A DNA stretch of 64,000 nt from Alistipes sp. GTDB lineage: Bacteria; Bacteroidota; Bacteroidia; Bacteroidales; Rikenellaceae. Shown piece after piece: positions 38,074 through 44,585 of this stretch. The notes under the pieces are model-generated. The model did not search any database. It saw nothing but the letters and a program-made list of their open reading frames with translations, and had not been told where the DNA came from. Position 1 is the stretch's first letter. Each line of letters opens with the position of its first letter. The translations under genes were made by a program, and so were the position numbers. The stretch lies in NCBI GenBank assembly GCA_045602705.1, contig JAZSCB010000002.1, forward strand, positions 15,054 through 79,053, given 5' to 3'.

Positions 38074-38081
38074 CAAAGATA
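38074..38081 (-). promoter_or_regulatory. -7 promoter box TATCTTTG for the susC-headed unit
   Basis: CAAAGATA on the + strand lies 54 nt upstream of the susC ATG (38020). Confidence 0.55.
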
Positions 38082-38198
38082 AGAAAAAATGGCCATTTTT
38101 CACCCTTTCGAGCAGAAAAAATCATCTTGCTTTTCGAGTTTTCGACAAAGTCGCTCTTTTAGCCGTTCGATTGATAAGAAAAAGTTATCTCGGCAAAG

Positions 38199-38241
38199 AA
38201 AAAAGAGAGAGGGGAGACGCTCAGTATGAGCATCTCCCCTC
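38199..38241 (-). terminator. rho-independent terminator after the HMA gene
   Basis: The stem is GAGGGGAGACGCTC - AGTAT - GAGCATCTCCCCTC: 14 bp with one position that is a G-U wobble in the minus-strand transcript. An A-rich run on + gives a T-run on the minus strand. It lies 23 nt after the stop. Confidence 0.7.
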
Positions 38242-38263
38242 CCCCTTCGGATCCCTTTCGGGA

Positions 38264-38584
38264 CTACTTCTCGGCGGGCTTGGGCTCAGCCTTGACCTTG
38301 ATCTTTGAGAAACCCTTAACAAGGGTCTCCACGCTGGTCTTTTGGGGGTTATAAACCACGGTCACCTCCTTCGTCGGGAGATCAACGGTCACATCCTCCA
38401 CACCGCGACCCAGCACGGGCACGTTGTTCATAATCTTGTCGGCGCAGTGCTGGCAGTCAATATCGGTCACAAAGACTACCTGCTCCAGGGGCTCGCCCTT
38501 CTTGCCCTTCAGGGGCTGCTGCTCGGCGGCATTGACCGCCAGAGCCACCACTGCCATCAGGCAGCAAAGAATCAGCTTTTTCAT
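38264..38584 (-). CDS. secreted heavy-metal-associated (HMA) domain protein
   Basis: It has a signal peptide (MAVVALAVNA-AE). The ferredoxin-like HMA domain has a CxxC metal site (DIDCQHCADKI) and a Lys-rich tail. Confidence 0.85.
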   Translation of the reverse strand: MKKLILCCLMAVVALAVNAAEQQPLKGKKGEPLEQVVFVTDIDCQHCADKIMNNVPVLGRGVEDVTVDLPTKEVTVVYNPQKTSVETLVKGFSKIKVKAEPKPAEK

Positions 38585-38735
38585 TTTTCTGTTTTCTATT
38601 TTTTTGGTTGTAATATATTCTGTTTCAGTTGCTGTTATACAACGTTATTCGATCGGAATTTATTGTCAAAAAAGAGCCTTTTTACTCTCGTTTCACGATC
38701 TCCACTTTTTGCCGCAAGCAAACTGTGCCGCGAAA

Positions 38736-41159
38736 TTAATAGAGATTGAAGCGCATTCCGATATAGATCTTCCGACCCATCAACGGCCCCCAAACCACCG
38801 AAGAGTTGAAGGTGGGATCGTAGGGGTTGTCACCGGGTTGGAATTTGTGGCCATTGACGGTAATGGGATCGTCCTGCGTGTAGTCGAGGATATTCTCACA
38901 GCCGAGATAGATGTCAAACTTACCAATCTTGCGGCTCACCTGGGCAAAGAGCATCGGATAGGAGGGCGAGAGGTACGTATCAATCATATTGAAACTCGAC
39001 GCCGGAGTGCGGGTAGCAGCCGAAACCGCATCGAAATCAGGCAGACGCGAGGGACCGTTGTACTGGAAGGTGGCATCGAAGGTCCAACGACGGAACTTGG
39101 TGGCATACTGCACGTTCAAGAGAGTCTTGTAGCGGCTGATCAGGGGACGCTCCACGCGCTGACGCGTACCATCGGGACGATCAAGCGTGATGGCGCTGTC
39201 GGTGTAGCGGAAGGTAGCAAAGATATCGAGACGCTCCACGGGCGTCCAGGTAAAGTCGAGCTGATAGGAGTCGGTGTAGGAGCGGCCATCGGTGTTGTAG
39301 ATATAGACAATACCGGGCATATACTCCTGGTCGGCCACCACCTGGTTATAGAACTGCGAACGGAAATAGTCAAGGCTCAACGTGGCATCCTTCTCACGCA
39401 CCAGGGTAAAGGTCTGCGTCAGCGAACCTCCGAGGGTGAGGGCCTGCTCCATTCGATTCATCTCCCGGAAGGGATCATCCACTCCGTGAGGATTGGCCAG
39501 CACCAGACGACGCCCCGTGGCAAGGATACCGATGTTGTCGGTGATGAGATTCGTCGAGCGGTAGCCCATACCGGCCGAGGCTCGGAAGACGGTGGTGGGG
39601 GTGATGTTCCACTTGACGTGGCCTCGCGGCGTGAAGTAGATCTTGTCGTAGAAGGTGTTGTAATCACCACGGGCACCAATCACCAGCGAGAACTTATCGC
39701 GAATCGAGTAGGTATACTCGGCATAGAGACCCACCTCGTGCTCGGCACGGTTGAAGATGTGCTTCTCAAGAGCATACGAAGGGCCGCCACTCAAATCCGG
39801 AGTGAGACCTACATCCAGATCCTCGTCATAGAAGCGAAGCTGGCCCGAAAGTCCGACAATCAGGGTGGACTTCGGCGTAAAGTAGTGATTATACATCACG
39901 TTGGCCGTCACGGCATCCTCCTGACCCCGATAATCGGTCAGACCGAAGTAGGCACGCTCATCAAAGAAGTCGTAGTCGATAATGGTGGCAATGTTGGAGC
40001 GCAACTCCTCCTCCACCTCCTCGTCATAGACCGAAGCCCCGACGGGAGCACCCAGCTTGAAGTAAGCATTGGCGTTGCGGTTATGAATGTGGGAGCCGTA
40101 GATTCGATCGTTCAAACGGGCCTCTCTCCAAATATGGCTGTCGGCTTTGCGTGCCTCGTGCATCTCGCGCGTGTAGGCATTCATACCACCCAGGCGGCTC
40201 TCATCGACATACTTGGCACCCCAACGCACCTGCAGACCATTGTCGGCCTGGTAGAGCCAGCGGTTGGCCACATTGATCTGGCTTCCCTTGGGCATATCGC
40301 GGAAGGTGTCGTGGTTGTGATCCATACCATCCTTGTCGGTATCCATTGAACCGTGGGCCAGGATGACGGTCGTCAGTTTGCCATCCTTCGAGACGGGGAG
40401 GGCCGAGGAGATATTGATCTCGGGCTTAAGTTCGTCGTCGAGGTAGGCATTGACGAAGAGTCGCTCGCTGTCGGTGGGCTTACGGTGCTCAAGATTGATC
40501 TGGCCCGTGATGGCCTCGTGACCCGCCGTAACGGAGGCCACGCCCTTCGAAACCTGGATCGAATTGAGCCACATACCGGGGGTATAACTCAAGCCGTAGG
40601 GGGCACTCAAGCCGCGCATAATGGGGCGGTTTTCATCGAGAATCTGGGTATAGGTGCCGGCCAGGCCGAGCATCTTGATCTGACGGGCTCCCGAGATGGC
40701 ATCGCTATAGCCCACCGTGACCGAGGCAGAGTTCTCGAACGACTCAGCCAGGTTGCAGCAGGCCATCTTGCAGAGACCGGCAAAGGAGATCATCTCCCCC
40801 TTCAGAAGGCCGTCGCTCTTGACGAAGTTGCCACCGATGGTACTCTCCACCACCACCGACTCGATACCGATGCCCTCCTCGTGGAGAACAAACTCCACAT
40901 TTTGGGTTTCGACATCAATTTGAATGCGCTCGATATTATAGCCCACATAGCTGGCAGCCAAGCTGTTATGACCCTTGACACGATGAAGGCGGAAGGAGCC
41001 GTCCGCATCGGTCATCGTACCGATCGTAGTCCCCTCCCAGAGGACGGTGGCACCAATCAGGGGCTGGTTGTTCTCATCGACCACCTTGCCACGCAGATCC
41101 TGCGCCGAGAGGGTGAACGAAGAGAGAAGAATCGCTAAAAAGAGGATAAGTTTTTTCAT
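38736..41159 (-). CDS. TonB-dependent receptor with CarboxypepD_reg N-domain
   Basis: It has a signal peptide (FTLSA-QD) and a CarboxypepD_reg domain (LRGKVVDENNQPLIGATVLW). The plug region carries GLCKMACCNLAESFE. The barrel ends ...GMRFNLY. Confidence 0.9.
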   Translation of the reverse strand: MKKLILFLAILLSSFTLSAQDLRGKVVDENNQPLIGATVLWEGTTIGTMTDADGSFRLHRVKGHNSLAASYVGYNIERIQIDVETQNVEFVLHEEGIGIESVVVESTIGGNFVKSDGLLKGEMISFAGLCKMACCNLAESFENSASVTVGYSDAISGARQIKMLGLAGTYTQILDENRPIMRGLSAPYGLSYTPGMWLNSIQVSKGVASVTAGHEAITGQINLEHRKPTDSERLFVNAYLDDELKPEINISSALPVSKDGKLTTVILAHGSMDTDKDGMDHNHDTFRDMPKGSQINVANRWLYQADNGLQVRWGAKYVDESRLGGMNAYTREMHEARKADSHIWREARLNDRIYGSHIHNRNANAYFKLGAPVGASVYDEEVEEELRSNIATIIDYDFFDERAYFGLTDYRGQEDAVTANVMYNHYFTPKSTLIVGLSGQLRFYDEDLDVGLTPDLSGGPSYALEKHIFNRAEHEVGLYAEYTYSIRDKFSLVIGARGDYNTFYDKIYFTPRGHVKWNITPTTVFRASAGMGYRSTNLITDNIGILATGRRLVLANPHGVDDPFREMNRMEQALTLGGSLTQTFTLVREKDATLSLDYFRSQFYNQVVADQEYMPGIVYIYNTDGRSYTDSYQLDFTWTPVERLDIFATFRYTDSAITLDRPDGTRQRVERPLISRYKTLLNVQYATKFRRWTFDATFQYNGPSRLPDFDAVSAATRTPASSFNMIDTYLSPSYPMLFAQVSRKIGKFDIYLGCENILDYTQDDPITVNGHKFQPGDNPYDPTFNSSVVWGPLMGRKIYIGMRFNLY

Positions 41160-41229
41160 TGTTTTCGTATGTTGTAAGGGTTAAAATGGGGAATTTCACA
41201 ATACACGCAAAGCATTGTGATTCGTCAAA

Positions 41230-41658
41230 TTAAGCCAATACAGGAGGAGCTCGGAGCGATTGATTCTGCGGGCTGCCTTCCCGGCAGCCCTCCGCCACAC
41301 GAAGGCGGATCCGTTCAAACGAAACAAGAGGTTGATCGAGGGGGATATCCTCGCCAATGAGTGCCTCGGGAAGCTCGATGACCACAACTCGCTGAGTGGG
41401 TCGCTCCTCGTCGCCCGAGGGGATGGTATAGAGCTCGACATCGGTCGAGTGGTTGTGACCACAGGTACAGAGGGCCTTGAAGTGAAGATCGTGCTCCGCG
41501 CAGGGGGCTACGCGGTGGCAACAAGAGCAACTCTTTTCGCTCGATTGATGAAGGCGGTTCAGGCAGGGACAGGTAATGGAAGAGAGGGCCGGTGCGGCGC
41601 AGAGCACCACATAGACCGTCAAAAGCCACATCGCCAGAAATCCTCTTCTACGCTGCAT
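41230..41658 (-). CDS. secreted Cys/His-rich protein (uncharacterised)
   Basis: The 142-aa ORF has genome-typical GC3-rich codons and a signal peptide (VVLCAAPALSS-I). A cluster follows: TCPC..H..SCSCCH..PCAEHDLH..LCTCGHNH. The ATG overlaps the upstream stop as TAATG. Confidence 0.65.
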   Translation of the reverse strand: MQRRRGFLAMWLLTVYVVLCAAPALSSITCPCLNRLHQSSEKSCSCCHRVAPCAEHDLHFKALCTCGHNHSTDVELYTIPSGDEERPTQRVVVIELPEALIGEDIPLDQPLVSFERIRLRVAEGCREGSPQNQSLRAPPVLA

Positions 41659-41924
41659 TACTCAATCAATTCACACGTTTTCAACTTCTCCACCCAATGG
41701 ACTGCATCGCGCAGGGCCGTGGAGGCATCCACCTCGTAGCGGTCGGTCAGAAGCCGTGACACATCTTCCACCTCAAACTCACGCCCCTCAAGCGACTCCC
41801 AAAGATAGAGCGAAGTGGCATTCAACGAGATAACACGGGTCATATCAACTCCGTGGCGACCCTGCATAATCACCACGTGCTCTCCGGCCATCTCTCGAAC
41901 CTTGCACTCTCTCTTTAGTCTCAT
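41658..41924 (-). CDS. PqqD-family (RRE-like) small protein
   Basis: These are the last 88 codons of the 347-aa track ORF: MRLKRECKVREMAGEHVVIMQG....ISLNATSLYLWESLEGREFEVEDVSRLLTDRYEVDASTALRDAVHWVEKLKTCELIE. This matches the PqqD pattern (LNxtaxxiWexl.G..t.eeiv..L...Y.vd...a..Dv..fl..L...gli). The rest of the ORF is antisense to recQ. Confidence 0.7.
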   Translation of the reverse strand: MRLKRECKVREMAGEHVVIMQGRHGVDMTRVISLNATSLYLWESLEGREFEVEDVSRLLTDRYEVDASTALRDAVHWVEKLKTCELIE

Positions 41925-41942
41925 TGTGCGCACAATTTGGGG

Positions 41943-41950
41943 CAAAGGTA
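41943..41950 (-). promoter_or_regulatory. -7 promoter box TACCTTTG for the PqqD-like/Cys-rich/TBDR unit
   Basis: CAAAGGTA on the + strand lies 19 nt upstream of the ATG at 41924. Confidence 0.55.
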
Positions 41951-42017
41951 CGATATCTTTCCCGAATTTCCTATACCAAAAGCTCCGGAAAAGAAAATAT
42001 TTTTCGGAAATTATCAC

Positions 42018-42025
42018 TATCTTTG
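42018..42025 (+). promoter_or_regulatory. -7 promoter box TATCTTTG for recQ (predicts leaderless or near-leaderless mRNA)
   Basis: An exact TAnnTTTG match ends 4 nt before the recQ ATG (42030). Confidence 0.5.
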
Positions 42026-42029
42026 TCCT

Positions 42030-43943
42030 ATGCAAGAGCTCTTCACATCGGACAAACTGCACGCCATTTTGAAACGTCATTGGGGATACGACCACTTCCG
42101 CCCGTTGCAGGAGGAGGTAATCGGAGAGGTCCTCGAGGGGCGTGATGCGTTGGTGCTGATGCCCACGGGAGGCGGCAAATCGCTTCTCTACCAGATTCCC
42201 ACCCTCGCTCGTGAGGGGCTCACGCTGGTCATCACCCCCCTGATCGCCTTGATGAAGGATCAGGTGGATCGCCTGCGACAGCGCGGCATCGGAGCTGTCG
42301 CTCTCCACGCAGGGCTCACCCCTCGCCAGATCGACATCGCCCTGGACAACTGCGCCTACGACGACCACGTCAAATTCCTCTACATCGCTCCCGAACGCAT
42401 TGATTCCGAGAGCCTTCGACTGCGCCTTCCGAAGATGGACGTACGGCTCATTGCGGTCGATGAGGCCCACTGTATCTCGCAGTGGGGCTACGACTTCCGC
42501 CCCGCCTATCGACGCATTGCAGCGTTGCGAGAGCGGTGTCCCGATACCTCGGTATTGGCCCTCACGGCCTCCGCAACCGACCTGGTGGCCAAGGATATTA
42601 TGCAGAATCTCGGATTTCGGGAGGAGCGTATTCATCGTGGCGATTTTGCGCGCCCCAATTTGAGTTATGCCGTGCGCCACATAGAGGATAAGGCGGGGCA
42701 ACTGCTACGCCTCTGTCGCAATGTGGAGGGGTCGGGGATCGTCTATGTACGACGACGTGAAGAGACCGACGAGGTGGCCGAACTGCTGAATCAGGAGGGG
42801 ATCTCGGCAGCCTCCTACCACGGAGGATTGAGCCACACCGAGCGTTCGATCCGTCAGGAGGAGTGGATGGAGGGCAAAGTGCGGGTGATGGTGGCGACCA
42901 ACGCCTTCGGAATGGGTATCGACAAGGCCGACGTGCGCTTTGTGGTGCACTACACCCTCTGCGACTCACTGGAGAGCTACTACCAGGAGGCGGGGCGTGC
43001 CGGACGTGACGGCCGACGCAGTTATGCCCTGTTGTTGGTGGGACCCGACGACCCCGAACGGGTCCGCAAGCGTTTTATGGCCGACTTCCCACCACTGGAG
43101 CAGGTAAAGGAGGTTTATGAAAAGATCGGTTCCTACCTCCAGGTGGCCATCGGCGAGGGGGCATTGAGCTCTTTCAGCTTCAACCTGCACGAATTTTGCG
43201 CCCGCGAGCGGCTCTACCACGGCCTGGTGAAGAGTGCCGTAGAGTTGCTGGAGCAGAACGGTTATATGACCCTGACCGACGAGATGGAGAATCCGGCCCG
43301 CATTCTCTTCTGCGTGAGCCGCGACGACCTCTACCGCATCCGCTGCGAGCGGGATGACCTGGACCCCTTCATTCGCACCATCCTGCGACTCTACAACGGA
43401 GTATTCACCGATTTCCGCAAGATCGACGAGATGGAGATTGCCCACTGCAGCGGCTACACCGTAGAGCGGGTTAAGGAGCTACTGAAACGGCTTTGGCAGC
43501 TGCGTATCATCCGCTACATCCCCTCCAACCGTTCGTCGCTGATCTTCTACCCTACCGAGCGCCTTCCGAAGGGGGATCTCTACATCGCTCCCCAGACCTA
43601 CAAGATACGACGCGAGCTGACCCTGGAACGATTCGAGCATATGTTACGCTATGCCGAGAATAAGGCCCGCTGTCGATCGGCCCTGCTGGAGGAGTACTTC
43701 GGTACCACGGAGCCGAAGGAGTGCGGTTATTGCGACCTCTGCCTGGAGCGCAAACGCCTGAAAAAGAACCAGAGAGGGATCGAAGAACAGCTCCTTGACC
43801 TCCTGACACGTGAGCCACTGGCCGCCCACGAAGCCCTGAAGCAACTCGGCTGCAGTGGCGAGGTATTGGCCCAAGTCATCGATCATTTGGCCGAAAAGGG
43901 GCAAATCGAGGTGGCAGAAAGTGGCAAAATCACAAAAAAATAA
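42030..43943 (+). CDS. recQ: ATP-dependent DNA helicase RecQ
   Basis: The product starts MQELFTSDKLHAILKRHWGYDHFRPLQEEVI. It has Walker A (MPTGGGKSL), a DEAH box (AVDEAHCISQWGYDFRP), a zinc-binding/RQC region and a C-terminal HRDC-like tail. Confidence 0.95.
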   Translation: MQELFTSDKLHAILKRHWGYDHFRPLQEEVIGEVLEGRDALVLMPTGGGKSLLYQIPTLAREGLTLVITPLIALMKDQVDRLRQRGIGAVALHAGLTPRQIDIALDNCAYDDHVKFLYIAPERIDSESLRLRLPKMDVRLIAVDEAHCISQWGYDFRPAYRRIAALRERCPDTSVLALTASATDLVAKDIMQNLGFREERIHRGDFARPNLSYAVRHIEDKAGQLLRLCRNVEGSGIVYVRRREETDEVAELLNQEGISAASYHGGLSHTERSIRQEEWMEGKVRVMVATNAFGMGIDKADVRFVVHYTLCDSLESYYQEAGRAGRDGRRSYALLLVGPDDPERVRKRFMADFPPLEQVKEVYEKIGSYLQVAIGEGALSSFSFNLHEFCARERLYHGLVKSAVELLEQNGYMTLTDEMENPARILFCVSRDDLYRIRCERDDLDPFIRTILRLYNGVFTDFRKIDEMEIAHCSGYTVERVKELLKRLWQLRIIRYIPSNRSSLIFYPTERLPKGDLYIAPQTYKIRRELTLERFEHMLRYAENKARCRSALLEEYFGTTEPKECGYCDLCLERKRLKKNQRGIEEQLLDLLTREPLAAHEALKQLGCSGEVLAQVIDHLAEKGQIEVAESGKITKK

Positions 43944-43944
43944 G

Positions 43945-43952
43945 TACCTTTG
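43945..43952 (+). promoter_or_regulatory. -7 promoter box TACCTTTG (exonuclease-rlmI-ybaK unit)
   Basis: An exact match ends 9 nt before the ATG at 43962. Confidence 0.5.
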
Positions 43953-43961
43953 TCCCCCGAT

Positions 43962-44582
43962 ATGGAGATACAAGCACCTTTTCAACCCACCATCTCGAAC
44001 GATGACACCTCCCGATTGCCGGCTGCGCAGTTCGGGGGCGAGATCATCGTGATAGATCGTCCGGAGCAGGTGGCTGCCGCCTGCAAGGAGCTCTCCAAAG
44101 AGTCGGTGTTGGGCTTTGATACCGAGACCCGCCCCTCCTTCAAGGCGGGAGTTCACTACCGGGTCTCGTTGCTGCAACTCTCCACCGCCCGCCGCTGTTA
44201 CCTCTTCCGCCTCTGCCGCATTCCGCTCGATCGGGCCATTCTGCGGCTGCTGGAGAGCCCCAAGATCCTCAAAATCGGAGCTGCCGTTCCGGGTGACATC
44301 GCCGCCTTGAACGAATTGCGCCACTTCCGTGCTGACGGTTTTGTCGATCTGCAGTCGATCATCGGAGAGTGGGGCGTGGAGGAGAAGAGCCTCCGCAAAA
44401 TGTCGGCCCTGGTGCTGGGCGAACGGGTCTCAAAGGCTCAACGCCTCAGCAACTGGGAGGCCTCAACCCTCACCCCGCAACAGCAGATGTATGCTGCCAC
44501 CGATGCCTGGGTATGCCACAAGATCTTCAAACGGTTGCTCCGCACCCCCAAGGCTTTGCAATTTGCCAATACACCCTTATAA
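43962..44582 (+). CDS. 3'-5' exonuclease (DEDDy / RNase D-like domain)
   Basis: ExoI motif LGFDTETRP. Later motifs are KIGAAVPGDI and YAATDAW (ExoIII YxxxD). The start is at MEIQAPF. Confidence 0.85.
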   Translation: MEIQAPFQPTISNDDTSRLPAAQFGGEIIVIDRPEQVAAACKELSKESVLGFDTETRPSFKAGVHYRVSLLQLSTARRCYLFRLCRIPLDRAILRLLESPKILKIGAAVPGDIAALNELRHFRADGFVDLQSIIGEWGVEEKSLRKMSALVLGERVSKAQRLSNWEASTLTPQQQMYAATDAWVCHKIFKRLLRTPKALQFANTPL

Positions 44583-44585
44583 TAT

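Noticed and set aside
38585-38735. A possible riboswitch or promoter in the 151-bp spacer upstream of the HMA gene. The leaders of the two TonB-dependent receptor operons were also considered, including a cobalamin-riboswitch B12 box.
   Set aside because: I could find no TAnnTTTG box, no B12-box-like GCCACTG core and no convincing conserved helices by eye. A covariance-model scan (Rfam) would be needed to say more.
41260-41739. A 159-aa + ORF overlaps the Cys/His-rich gene.
   Set aside because: The minus-strand frame has a signal peptide, genome-typical codons and TAATG coupling to the upstream gene. The + frame has none of these and no promoter box.
41925-42701. The upstream 259 codons of the 347-aa minus ORF 41658..42701.
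   Set aside because: This part overlaps the recQ coding sequence in antisense and crosses the recQ promoter region. Only the last 88 codons, from Met 41924 and preceded by a -7 box, look like a real PqqD-like gene.
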